A stretch of 64,000 nucleotides of DNA from Armatimonadota bacterium. GTDB taxonomy: Bacteria > Armatimonadota > SYMT01. The translations under genes were made by a program, and so were the position numbers. The stretch covers positions 123,247 through 187,246 of the forward strand of contig JBKBRF010000007.1 in the NCBI GenBank assembly GCA_046292385.1, given 5' to 3'. Positions 31,390 through 40,517 of this stretch are shown here, one piece after another. The first letter of the stretch is position 1. Each line of letters starts with the position of its first letter. Under the pieces are notes generated by a model. That model searched no databases and was not told where the DNA came from. It was given only the letters and a program-made list of their open reading frames with translations.

Positions 31390-31971
31390 ATGAAAGGCTT
31401 CCTGTTACTCCTGGCCTGCGCGCTGCTGACGGCGCCCGCCCTGGTTCCGGCGGAGACCCGGCCGAGTCCGGCGACGCTGAAGCTGGGGCCGGAGCGGCCG
31501 GTCGTGGCGATCTGGCGCGATAGTGAAGGACGGCAGTCCGGCGCGCCGTACCTGCGGATCGCGATCTGGGGCGATGGGCGAGTCCTCTTCGCCGCCGACC
31601 CGCAGCGCTGGGGGCATTCGCTGCGGGAGGGGAAGCTCTCCCGCGAAGAGGTTTCGCGCCTGCGGAAAGAGATCGCGAAGACCGGCGTCTTCTCGCTGAC
31701 CGGTACGGCTTACCTCGTGCCGGACGCGCCGGTCGACTGCGTGGCGCTCGACTTCGGCAAGCGGAAGCAGATGCTCTACTGGGACGAGGTGGAGACGCCG
31801 AATTACGGGATCAACATCGATCCCAAGCCGCACCACCGGAAGTTCAAAGAGACCTGGAAGGCGGTGAACCGCCTGGCGCTGGCCGCGCGACCGAAGCAGT
31901 CGCGCCCGGTGAGCGGCCGGTTTGACCCGCCGCGGGAATGGCGGCTGAAGCCGGCGATTCAATCTGAATGA
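31390..31971 (+). CDS. Secreted hypothetical protein
   Basis: Signal peptide MKGFLLLLACALLTAPA; GAGGAGG RBS. Confidence 0.75.
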   Translation: MKGFLLLLACALLTAPALVPAETRPSPATLKLGPERPVVAIWRDSEGRQSGAPYLRIAIWGDGRVLFAADPQRWGHSLREGKLSREEVSRLRKEIAKTGVFSLTGTAYLVPDAPVDCVALDFGKRKQMLYWDEVETPNYGINIDPKPHHRKFKETWKAVNRLALAARPKQSRPVSGRFDPPREWRLKPAIQSE

Positions 31972-32006
31972 TCTACCGGTAGAGACGCGCTGTATGGGAG
32001 GGGTTG

Positions 32007-32354
32007 ATGAGAGGCTCGCACTTTCCGGATGACGAGAATGGCCGGGTGCTCCGCGCGATAGCGGAACAGGGGGTCGATCTCACGATCCCGCGGGACGTGG
32101 AGTTCGCGCACCTGTTCCCGGGTGAGACGGAGGCGGGAGCGTTCGCGCGGCAGGCAGCGTCTCTTGGTTACCGGACGGAGATCTACGAGCCGGATGAGGA
32201 AGCCCTGGAGGAGGGCGTCACCGACTGGGACGTGATCTGTACCCGCCGGATGGTGCCGACTCATCCGGAGATCTCCCGCACGGAAGCAGAACTGGCCGCT
32301 ATTGCCCAGCAGTGCGGGGGGCAGGAGGACGGCTGGGGCTTCTTGAGCGACTGA
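32007..32354 (+). CDS. Ribonuclease E inhibitor RraB-domain protein
   Basis: NGRVLRAIAEQGVDLTIPRDVEF...GGQEDGWG. Confidence 0.8.
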   Translation: MRGSHFPDDENGRVLRAIAEQGVDLTIPRDVEFAHLFPGETEAGAFARQAASLGYRTEIYEPDEEALEEGVTDWDVICTRRMVPTHPEISRTEAELAAIAQQCGGQEDGWGFLSD

Positions 32355-32620
32355 AGCGGCGTGCTCCGCCGCGGCCTGCCGCGTTCCCGCAGCGGCGGTC
32401 CGGGGCACGCTTCCGGGGTAGAGGTGGCCCGCTCCGGACAGTGGAACTCAACCTTAGATCGAGCGGCATGCGAGACGTGCCCGGTGCGTGGGTGGTTGGG
32501 AAACGCGGCAGGACCCGTGGCTGCCGCTCACCTCGTCGCGAAACCGCTCAACGCGGACATCCTCCGGTCACTCCTCGCCGCTTGAGTAACTGGCCGGGCT
32601 CGAGCCGTAGCGAACGCCAC

Positions 32621-33148
32621 ATGGAAGCGGTCAAGATCATCCTGCTGAGCATCCTGGCGGCGATCCTATATGGAATTGCGCAGGACCAGGTGACCGCGCG
32701 GGTCTGCGTGGAGTACTTCACCGTCGGCCATCGGGACGTCTTCGGCACCGACTCGCCCACGCTGCTCGCCTTCGGCTGGGGCGTGCTGGCGACCTGGTGG
32801 GCCGGCCTCCTGATGGGCCTGCCGCTGGCGGTCGCCGCCCGCGTGGGTCCGTACCCGAAGCGGACTGTCGGGGAGCTGATCCCCACCGTGGGCCGGCTGC
32901 TGCTCGGCATCGGCGCGGCGGCCGCGGTTTGCGGGGTGCTCGGCTACTTCGCTGCCCGGGCCGGTCTCCTCCAGCTCAACCCGTGGCTGGCGAGCGAGAT
33001 CCCGGCCGAACGGCACGCGCTCTTCCTCGCGGACGGCTCCGCGCATTCCGCGGCGTACGCCGCGGGGTTTCTCGGCGGGGCGGTCGTCTGCCTCCGCACC
33101 TGGCGCGGTCGGCTGAAGGCTGCCGCCGTAAAGGGGTGCTCCCCATGA
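32621..33148 (+). CDS. Conserved membrane protein
   Basis: YGIAQDQVTARVCVEYFTVGH, WGVLATWWAG, 4 TM helices. Confidence 0.8.
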   Translation: MEAVKIILLSILAAILYGIAQDQVTARVCVEYFTVGHRDVFGTDSPTLLAFGWGVLATWWAGLLMGLPLAVAARVGPYPKRTVGELIPTVGRLLLGIGAAAAVCGVLGYFAARAGLLQLNPWLASEIPAERHALFLADGSAHSAAYAAGFLGGAVVCLRTWRGRLKAAAVKGCSP

Positions 33149-33891
33149 CCACTGCACGCAGAAAACTCGACTGGCAGGCGCTGTGCGACCTGGATCGCGA
33201 CGGCTGGCTGGGAGAGCCGGTCCGCCGGGCGCGGTTCCTGGAGCTGTACGAGGCCGAGGTCGGCGGCAACCGGCTCTACGAGGCGGACGTGGGGGACGCC
33301 TGGGGGTTCGAGAGCCGATTGACCTGGAACCAGATGCTGAGCCGCGACTATGCCGCCGCTGCGGCGGAGCTCGACCGGTTCTTCCGGCACCCGGACATTG
33401 AACGGCTCGACTGGCGCTACCGAATTCCGCTGCAGTGTGAGCGCGCGCTTTGCGACCTGGGCCAGGGGCGCGAGGCGGAGGCGCTGGCCGCGCTTCGGGA
33501 GATCATCGCCTCGGGTTCCCGCGAGCAGCAGGTGATGGCGGCGGCGATAACGCGGACGGAGTTGTTCCCGGGCGGGCTCTGTCCGGTGCTGGAGCGGGAG
33601 GGGTTCGCCTCGGAGGACCTCACGCGGTTCGTGGGGGAGATCGCCCTGCTCCACCCCCATCGCCGCCGCGCGGCCCGGAAACGGCCCCTGACGCCGCGGC
33701 GCGCCACCTACGCCCGCCTCCGCCGCCACCTCGGCTACGAGCCGCCGCCCCCGCTCGCCCCCACCCTTACCCGCGAGGAGCTGACCGCGGAGGCGCGCGA
33801 GTCGGTCGAGGAGGTGCGGAAGGAGATGCAGCGGGAACGGCGCCGCGCCGCGCGGGGCCCCTCGCGGTTGAGCGGCCGCGAGGGCTCGTAG
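33145..33891 (+). CDS. Hypothetical helical protein
   Basis: ATGA overlap with the upstream stop codon. Confidence 0.65.
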   Translation: MTTARRKLDWQALCDLDRDGWLGEPVRRARFLELYEAEVGGNRLYEADVGDAWGFESRLTWNQMLSRDYAAAAAELDRFFRHPDIERLDWRYRIPLQCERALCDLGQGREAEALAALREIIASGSREQQVMAAAITRTELFPGGLCPVLEREGFASEDLTRFVGEIALLHPHRRRAARKRPLTPRRATYARLRRHLGYEPPPPLAPTLTREELTAEARESVEEVRKEMQRERRRAARGPSRLSGREGS

Positions 33892-33916
33892 CGCGGCACT
33901 CCGGGAGGGATTCAGA

Positions 33917-34327
33917 ATGACGGAAGACCCGAGCGAGCTGATGGAAGGCACGGAGAAGCTGCGGGCGCTCTACGGTTCCTGGATCAGCTTCCACGACGCG
34001 GTGGTGGAGAGTGTGCTGCTGGAGCGGGTCGGCCCGACGGTCACCATCCGGTTCATCACCAACGACGCCGTCTCCACGGACGGCGGCCAGACCGCCGACC
34101 TGGCTAACACTCGCCGTGCCTCGGTGGTGATGCGCTGGCACGAGGTCCGCGACCTGGTGCTCTCAGGCGTCGACTGGGACGAGAACAACTGGATCGACGG
34201 CCTGAAATTCGTCCGCAGCCGCGACACGATCTGCACCCTGATCGAGCGGATGGACGGCACCCACGGCTTCATCCAGGCCGAACGGGTGGAAGTGGTGAGC
34301 GCGGAGCTGCTGGAATGCTCGCAATAG
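33917..34327 (+). CDS. Imm50-like immunity protein
   Basis: LYGSWISFHDAVVESVLLER motif; NWIDGL. Confidence 0.55.
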   Translation: MTEDPSELMEGTEKLRALYGSWISFHDAVVESVLLERVGPTVTIRFITNDAVSTDGGQTADLANTRRASVVMRWHEVRDLVLSGVDWDENNWIDGLKFVRSRDTICTLIERMDGTHGFIQAERVEVVSAELLECSQ

Positions 34328-34398
34328 CGGCTCCGCGGCACCTCGGGAGTGGCTCGGAAACGAAAGCGGCCTGCCGGAGTGGCAGGCCGCATCGGAGA

Positions 34399-34472
34399 CG
34401 CTCGCGGAGGGATTCGAACCCCCGACACCCGGTTCCGAAGACCGGTGCTCTAATCCACTGAGCTACGCGAGC
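34399..34472 (-). tRNA. tRNA-Arg(UCG), CCA not encoded
   Basis: GCTCGCG TAGCTCAGTGGATTAGAGC A CCGGT CTTCGGA ACCGG GTGTC GGGGG TTCGAAT CCCTC CGCGAGC G. Confidence 0.96.
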
Positions 34473-34576
34473 CGGACTGCGCCATTCTAGCAGAAGCTCC
34501 TCCGCGACGGAAGAGGCGGGAGTCACGCTGGCCGGGGAGAGAACGACGAACGCTCCCATGTAGCCGGGTAGTCAAA

Positions 34577-34975
34577 CGGGGTCCGCAAAGCCGCGCGGCA
34601 CTGGAAGTACCTCGCTACTCGGCCTTCGGCCACGCGTCCTCCGGACGCCCGAGCTGACGGGAGGCTGCCCGATGGCGAGTCGGCATTGCCAACAGATCGG
34701 CTCCCTGATTCTCGCAAAGCCAATCCCACGGCCGCCGGAGCGCAAGCGCAGGCGGTCACCTGTGCCGCCCCCGAGCCGCGGGGGCGGAGCTCGAAGGGAC
34801 GCGGAGGCGCCCGTGAGTCGACCTATCGTACTGGAATAGAGACCGGTCGCGGTGCGCAGGCCTTCGGGGCGCACTTTCGGAGGGCTCCGTTAGCCCGAAA
34901 GGGCGTCGGAGGAGCCCGGAGGGCCGTCACGCGGGAGGGCGCCTCCGCGTCACCAGGGCTGGGGGTGGAACCCCG
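34577..34975 (+). ncRNA. Unassigned large structured RNA (about 400 nt)
   Basis: End-to-end closing helix, 15-bp long-range helix, hairpins capped by UUCG, GAAA and GCAA tetraloops; no credible CDS. Confidence 0.7.
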
Positions 34976-35008
34976 GGGATGGGAGACGTCTCCCGCGAAG
35001 CGAAAGCC

Positions 35009-36070
35009 CTACAACTCCGGCAGCGCCGTTCGCCGCTCCTCCGCGGCGAGGAAGTCCCGCAGCAGGCCGGGCTGCGGGCCGCGCCCCGCGAGGCCGAAGT
35101 AGGCGACCAGCCCCACGGCGGTGAGCGCGGCGAAGAGCAGCTTGGCCCACGGCGGGATGAAGGCGGGCGGGGTGATGAAGCCCTCGATCAGGCCGGCGAC
35201 CACCAGCATGGCGGCGGCGCCGAGCACCAGCAGCACCGCCAGGCGGCCCCGCTCCACCAGCGCGTCGCGGCGGGTGCGGCCGCCGGGGGCGAGCAGCGCG
35301 GAGGCGAGCAGGAACCCGGCGCCGCCCATGACGCAGATGGCGGTGATCTCGATGATGCCGTGCGGGAGGATGAGCGACCAGAAGACGAGGGCGGTGCGGG
35401 GTCCGCTCATCGCCTGGCCCAGGATGCCGAGCATCAGCCCGTTGTAGAGCATCGCGTAGAAGGTGCCGAGCCCCAGCAGCAGCCCGCCGGCGAAGGCCAG
35501 GAAGCCGACGGCGATATTGTTGAGCATGATCTGCGTGCTCTGGTCGGTCATCTCCTGCGGGCCGATGTCGTGCCCGGTCCGGTCGCTCCACTGCTGCTGG
35601 AGCAGCGGGAACTGCTTCACCAGCTCCGGCGGGAGCATGTAGTAGCTGCCGGTGGGGTCGCGCCGGTTTACCTCCCACCCGAAGGCGGCGGCGCCGAAGA
35701 AGAGCAGGGCGGCGAGCGCGATGTACTTCCAGGAGTGGCGGAAGAGGCGAGGGAAGTCGATCCAGAGAAAGGTAAGGAGGTCCCGGCCCTGGAAGCGGCG
35801 CGAGCCGTAGACCTGCGCGTAGGCGCGGGCGACCAGGTCGTTCAGATACTGCAGGATCTCCGCGTTGGCGGTCTTGGCCCGCGCGGTGACGAGGTCGGAC
35901 GACGCGCGGCGGTAGAGCACGCCGAACTCGCGCACCTCCGGCGCGGAGAGGCTGCGCAGCCCCTGGCTCTCCGCCTGCTGAAGCAGCAGCTCCAGCCGCT
36001 TCCAGCCGGGCTGGCGGCGGGCGAGGAACTGGTTGAGATCCGCCTTACGCGCGGGGGGCAACGGGATCAC
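35009..36070 (-). CDS. Stage II sporulation protein M (SpoIIM/DUF95) family membrane protein
   Basis: YRRASSDL, IMLNNI, ILPHGIIE, AGLIEGFITP. Confidence 0.9.
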   Translation of the reverse strand: MIPLPPARKADLNQFLARRQPGWKRLELLLQQAESQGLRSLSAPEVREFGVLYRRASSDLVTARAKTANAEILQYLNDLVARAYAQVYGSRRFQGRDLLTFLWIDFPRLFRHSWKYIALAALLFFGAAAFGWEVNRRDPTGSYYMLPPELVKQFPLLQQQWSDRTGHDIGPQEMTDQSTQIMLNNIAVGFLAFAGGLLLGLGTFYAMLYNGLMLGILGQAMSGPRTALVFWSLILPHGIIEITAICVMGGAGFLLASALLAPGGRTRRDALVERGRLAVLLVLGAAAMLVVAGLIEGFITPPAFIPPWAKLLFAALTAVGLVAYFGLAGRGPQPGLLRDFLAAEERRTALPEL

Positions 36071-36107
36071 CTCCGATTGGGGAGCAGGTCAGGGAGAACG
36101 GGGCCGG

Positions 36108-36911
36108 ATGATCGAAGAGCACCGGGTGCTGACGCCGGAGAGCGTGGAATTCGTCTATGAAGTGGGCGGCCTCGGCAGCCGCATGCTCGCCGCCGCCATC
36201 GACCACCTGCTGCTCCTGGCAGCGATGATCATGGTGGTGATCGGCTCCGCGTTCGGCGGTATCCCGTCGGTCGGCATCATGTTCGCCATGTTCGGCGTCT
36301 ACTTCGGCTACTTCACCTACTTCGAGTGGAAGTGGAACGGACAGACCCCCGGCAAACGGGCGCTCGACCTGCGGGTCATCGACGACCGCGGTATGAACAT
36401 CGATCTGTTCCAGGCAATCGTCCGCAATCTCCTCCGCCTTGTCGACCTGATGCCCTCCCTCCTGCCGTTCGGATACCTGGTGGTCGGCCTCTACGGTATC
36501 GGCGGCGTCACCGCGCTGGTGAGCCCCGGGCGCAAGCGGCTGGGCGACTGGGCCGCCGGGACGCTGGTGGTGCGGACCCGCACCCGCGTGCTGCCGGAGG
36601 CGGTCCTGGCGCCGGGAGACAAGTACAATACGCTGCAGGACGACCCGGTGGTCCGCCTGCGTATCCGCGGCCGCCTCACGCTGGAGGAGCGGGAGATGCT
36701 GCTGCAGCTCTGCCTCCGGCGGGACGAGCTGGAGCTGGAAGCGCGGCAGCGGCTCTTCGCGGAGGCGGCGGAGTACCTGGAGACGCGGCTGGAGCTGACG
36801 CGGGACGCGTACCTGAGCGAGGAGAAGTTCGTGCAGAACATCACCGCCGTGGCGCTGGCGGAGAGCGACTCCCGCAAGGGTCTCGGCGCGCGGGCGCTGA
36901 GCCGCCGGTAG
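36108..36911 (+). CDS. RDD family membrane protein
   Basis: TPESV, GSRMLAAAID, GQTPGKR, RLGDWAAGTLVV. Confidence 0.92.
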   Translation: MIEEHRVLTPESVEFVYEVGGLGSRMLAAAIDHLLLLAAMIMVVIGSAFGGIPSVGIMFAMFGVYFGYFTYFEWKWNGQTPGKRALDLRVIDDRGMNIDLFQAIVRNLLRLVDLMPSLLPFGYLVVGLYGIGGVTALVSPGRKRLGDWAAGTLVVRTRTRVLPEAVLAPGDKYNTLQDDPVVRLRIRGRLTLEEREMLLQLCLRRDELELEARQRLFAEAAEYLETRLELTRDAYLSEEKFVQNITAVALAESDSRKGLGARALSRR

Positions 36912-36918
36912 CGCGGAT

Positions 36919-37443
36919 GTGGAGGGAGTAAGCGAAGTGGAGCGGACGAGCGCGGTGACAGCCGATTACCGGAGACCCGAAGCCCCAGCGCGGCTGCCGT
37001 TGGGCCTGCCGGTGGTGCTGCAGATGGTCCGCTCCCGGGCCGCGTCCGCGGCGGCGCTGGCGGTGGTCGCCGCGTCGCTGCTCCTGCCGCCGGACGGGCT
37101 CGGCATCCCGCTCTGCGGCTTTCTCGCCACCACTCGTCTGCCGTGCGTCGGCTGCGGCCTCACCCGCTCGTTCATCGCGCTCGCGCACCTCGACTTCCCC
37201 CGCGCGGCCGCGTTCCACCCATTCGCCTTCGTGCTGCTCCCGCTCGCCTTCATACTGGCGCTGCTCCTGCCGCTCCCGGTCCCGTCGAGAGAGCGCCTCG
37301 CTGCCCGCATGCTGGCCCGCCGCGGCTGGCTCACCGCCGCCACCTGGCTCGTGGTCGGGTCGTTCCTCCTCTTCGGCGCAGGGCGCCTCGGGTACTGCGC
37401 CTGGCTGCTCTGGCAAGGGCGCCCGCTGCCGGTGGCGTGGTAG
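36919..37443 (+). CDS. DUF2752 domain membrane protein
   Basis: LCGF..TTRLPCVGCGLTRSF...AFHP; start uncertain. Confidence 0.85.
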   Translation: MEGVSEVERTSAVTADYRRPEAPARLPLGLPVVLQMVRSRAASAAALAVVAASLLLPPDGLGIPLCGFLATTRLPCVGCGLTRSFIALAHLDFPRAAAFHPFAFVLLPLAFILALLLPLPVPSRERLAARMLARRGWLTAATWLVVGSFLLFGAGRLGYCAWLLWQGRPLPVAW

Positions 37444-37459
37444 CCGGGTCGGGTACTGC

Positions 37460-37507
37460 ACTCCTACTCCTACTCCTAACTCCTACTCCTACTCGTTCTC
37501 CTACTCA
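37460..37507. repeat. 6-nt-period tandem repeat (CTCCTA)n
   Basis: ctccta ctccta ctcctaa ctccta ctccta ctcgtt ctccta ctc. Confidence 0.8.
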
Positions 37508-37613
37508 TTCTCAGAGGCTCGGCGAAGCAGGACCCTGCCAGCGGCGCGAGCGGCTCCGGTGGAGAGGATACGGGGAAACAGCCCCATCCTTGCAGGAAGA
37601 TCCACTCCCTGGC

Positions 37614-37657
37614 GTGAACAGATGAACACGCGTTGATATGAACGCTTGCTGTTGATG
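37614..37657 (+). promoter_or_regulatory. Putative ArsR/SmtB operator
   Basis: ATGAAC-ACGCG-TTGAT imperfect dyad resembling ATGAA-N6-TTCAT, with three TGAAC half-sites just upstream of the arsR-like gene. Confidence 0.55.
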
Positions 37658-37667
37658 GAGAAGCCGG

Positions 37668-37985
37668 ATGGTCGCAGCTCCCCGACCGGAACAGGACTGT
37701 GCCCAGAAGCTGAAGGTACTGGCGGACCCGACCCGTCTCTCCGTGCTGGAGATCCTGGGTGAGGGGCCGATGCACGTCGGCGAGATGAACCAGGTGCTCC
37801 ACCTGGAGCAGAGCCTGCTCTCCCACCACCTGAAGGTGCTCCGGGAGGCGGGGCTGGTGGAGGCGGTGCGCGACGGCAAGGCGGTGCTCTACCGCCGTAC
37901 CGACGCGGAAGAGGCGGGCGCCGGGGCGATCGATCTCGGGTGTTGCCGGCTGGAGTTCCCCGGCCGGGACCCCTCCGATGCGTAG
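37668..37985 (+). CDS. ArsR/SmtB family transcriptional regulator
   Basis: LKVLADPTRLSVL, QSLLSHHLKVLREAGLV; N-terminal Cys and C-terminal CC. Confidence 0.92.
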   Translation: MVAAPRPEQDCAQKLKVLADPTRLSVLEILGEGPMHVGEMNQVLHLEQSLLSHHLKVLREAGLVEAVRDGKAVLYRRTDAEEAGAGAIDLGCCRLEFPGRDPSDA

Positions 37986-38820
37986 CCGCCTCTTGACCCT
38001 GCTCCTGGCGCCGCTCGCCCTGGCGGCGCTCTCCGGCTGCGGCGGCGCCGCCCGGGGGAGCACCGGCGATCGACTGGTCCTGACCGGCTCCAGCACCATC
38101 GCGCCGCTGGCGGCGGAGATCGCGAAGCGGTTCGAGGAGCGGAACCCGGGGGTGCGAGTCGACGTGCAGACCGGCGGCTCCTCCCGCGGGATCAGCGACG
38201 CCCGGCAGGGCCTCGCGGACATCGGCATGGTCTCCCGCGCGCTCAAGCCGGAGGAGCGCGACCTCCAGGCGTTCCCGATCGCCCGCGACGGGATCTGCCT
38301 GATCGTCCACCGCGACAACCCGGTCCGCAGCCTGACCGACGAGCAGGTCCGCGCCCTCTTTACCGGAAAGGTCGACCGCTGGAGCGCGGTGGGCGGGGCG
38401 GAGGCTCCGGTCACCGTCGTCCACAAGGCGGAGGGGCGCTCGACCCTGGAGCTGTTCCTGGCCCACTACCGGCTGGAGAACCGGGAGATCGACGCGGACG
38501 TGGTGATCGGCGACAACGAGCAGGGGATCAAGACGGTCGCCGGCAACCCGCACGCCGTCGGCTACGTCTCGATCGGCGCCGCGGAGCACCACGTGCGGCA
38601 GGGCACCCCGCTCAAGCTGCTGGCGGTCGGCGGGGTAGAGCCAAGCTCCGAAAACGTTCGCCGCGGCGACTATCCGCTCTGCCGCCCCCTCCACCTGGTA
38701 ACGCGGAGCGCGCCCGCGGGCACCGCGAAGGCGTTCCTCGACTTCGCGCGGTCGCCGGAGGTGCGAGACCTGGTGGAGCAGCAGTCGTTCGTGCCGCTGC
38801 CGGACGGGGATGCAGAGTAG
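37978..38820 (+). CDS. pstS: Phosphate ABC transporter substrate-binding lipoprotein
   Basis: LSGC lipobox, TGSSTIAPL, GGSSRG, DIGMVSR. Confidence 0.88.
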   Translation: MRSRLLTLLLAPLALAALSGCGGAARGSTGDRLVLTGSSTIAPLAAEIAKRFEERNPGVRVDVQTGGSSRGISDARQGLADIGMVSRALKPEERDLQAFPIARDGICLIVHRDNPVRSLTDEQVRALFTGKVDRWSAVGGAEAPVTVVHKAEGRSTLELFLAHYRLENREIDADVVIGDNEQGIKTVAGNPHAVGYVSIGAAEHHVRQGTPLKLLAVGGVEPSSENVRRGDYPLCRPLHLVTRSAPAGTAKAFLDFARSPEVRDLVEQQSFVPLPDGDAE

Positions 38821-39673
38821 CGTGCCGCGGCGGGCCGACCGGCTGCTCGTCCTCACGGCACGCGCCGCCGCGCTGATCTCCGCGGCGGTGCTGCTCTTCA
38901 TGCTGCTCTTTCTCGCCCGGGAGGCGCTGCCGGCGCTGCGCTCTCCCGGGGTAGGGGCGTTCCTGACCGATCGCGCCTGGCATCCGACGGAGGGCGAGTA
39001 CGGCATGCTGCCGATGGCGGCGGGGACGCTGCTCGCGATGGCGGGCGCGCTGCTGCTGGCAATTCCGCTCGGCGTGCTCTCGGCTCTCTTCTGCTGCTTC
39101 TACGCCCCGGCGCCGCTGGCGGGAATCTACCGCAGCCTGCTGGGGCTGCTCGCGGGGATCCCGTCGGTCGTCTTCGGCTTCTGGGGGCTCGTCACGCTGG
39201 TGCCGCTGCTCAACCAGGTGCAGCCTCCCGGCGCGAGCCTGCTGGCCGCCGCCCTGATCCTGGCGCTGATGGTGCTGCCGACCCTCGCCCTCACGGCGGA
39301 GGCGGGGCTCCGCGCCGTGCCGCGGGAGTACCTCGCCGCGGCGGCCGCGCTGGGGCTCTCCCGCCCGACCACGATCTACCGGGTGGCGCTGCCCGCCGCC
39401 CGCTCCAGCCTGGCAACCGCGGTGGTGCTCGCCGCCGGGCGCGCGCTCGGGGAGACGATGGCGGTGCTGATGGTCGCCGGAAACGTGGTCCAGGTGCCGC
39501 GGAGTCTCTTCGACCCGGTCCGCACCCTCACCGCCAACATCGCGCTGGAGATGGCGTACGCGACGAGCGCGCACCGCTCCGCGCTCTTCGTGAGCGGCCT
39601 GGCGTTGGCGCTGCTGGTGGGCGCGCTGGTGCTCGCCGCGGAGACGCTCTCCCGGAGGCCCGCCCGTGGTTAA
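38810..39673 (+). CDS. pstC: Phosphate ABC transporter permease
   Basis: AGIPSVVFGFWG, GRALGETMAVLMVAGN. Confidence 0.92.
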   Translation: MQSSVPRRADRLLVLTARAAALISAAVLLFMLLFLAREALPALRSPGVGAFLTDRAWHPTEGEYGMLPMAAGTLLAMAGALLLAIPLGVLSALFCCFYAPAPLAGIYRSLLGLLAGIPSVVFGFWGLVTLVPLLNQVQPPGASLLAAALILALMVLPTLALTAEAGLRAVPREYLAAAAALGLSRPTTIYRVALPAARSSLATAVVLAAGRALGETMAVLMVAGNVVQVPRSLFDPVRTLTANIALEMAYATSAHRSALFVSGLALALLVGALVLAAETLSRRPARG

Positions 39674-40517
39674 GCCGCGCCGTGCGCTCGCGGAGCCACT
39701 GACGGCGCTCGCCGCCTGGGGCGCGGCGGCGGTGGTCTGCCTCGTCTTCCTCTGGCTGGCGGCGGAGGTCGCCCGCGCCGGGGTGGGGCGCCTCTCGCTC
39801 CCGTTCCTCATCGCGCCCGAGGAAGACGCAGGCCGCAGCGGGGGCATCGGCCCGATCCTCGTCTCCACCGGGCTGATCCTGGCGGTGAGCATGGGGGCTT
39901 CAGTCGTGATTGGTCTGCCCGCTGCCGTGCTGCTGGCGGAGCTCTCCGGTGCGGGGCGCTTCGGGGCGGCGGTGCGGCGGAGCCTCGACCTCCTCGCGGG
40001 GATGCCCTCCATCGTCTTCGGGCTCTTCGGCAACGCCTTCTTCTGCGGCGCGCTCGGGCTGCGGTTCTCCATCCTCTCCGGCGGGCTCACCCTCGCCTGC
40101 ATGGTGCTGCCGCTGCTGATCCGCACCTCGGAGGAGGCGCTCCGCGGCGTCCCCGCCGCCTACCGGGAGGCCGCCGCGGCGCTGGCGCTCTCCCGGACCA
40201 CCCTGCTCTTCCGGGTGCTGCTGCCGGCCGCGCTGCCGGGGCTGCTGGTCGGTCTGGTGCTCGGCACCGGCCGCGCGCTGGCGGAGACCGCCGCCCTCGT
40301 CTTCACCAGCGGCTACGTCACGCGGATGCCGGGGTCGCTCCTCGATTCCGGCCGGGCGCTCTCCGTGCACATCTACGACCTCTCCATGAACGTCGCGGGC
40401 GGCGACGCGAGCGCCGGCGCCTCCGCGCTGGTGCTGATGGTCCTGATCCTGGCGCTGAACGGCGCGACCGAGTGGCTCGCCGGCCGCTGGCGGCGGTCCG
40501 GAGAGGCGCGGCCGTGA
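39666..40517 (+). CDS. pstA: Phosphate ABC transporter permease
   Basis: GGIGPIL, GMPSIVFGLFG, GRALAETAAL. Confidence 0.92.
   Translation: MVKPRRALAEPLTALAAWGAAAVVCLVFLWLAAEVARAGVGRLSLPFLIAPEEDAGRSGGIGPILVSTGLILAVSMGASVVIGLPAAVLLAELSGAGRFGAAVRRSLDLLAGMPSIVFGLFGNAFFCGALGLRFSILSGGLTLACMVLPLLIRTSEEALRGVPAAYREAAAALALSRTTLLFRVLLPAALPGLLVGLVLGTGRALAETAALVFTSGYVTRMPGSLLDSGRALSVHIYDLSMNVAGGDASAGASALVLMVLILALNGATEWLAGRWRRSGEARP

Noticed and set aside
30561..34327. Integron cassette array
   Set aside because: No attC-like RYYYAAC...GTTRRRY sites or integrase; several genes overlap or nearly abut
34577..34975. tmRNA, RNase P RNA or SRP RNA
   Set aside because: No T-arm or acceptor CCA end and no ALAA-type tag; no GAGGAAAGUCC; no SRP GGAA/GCAG core on either strand
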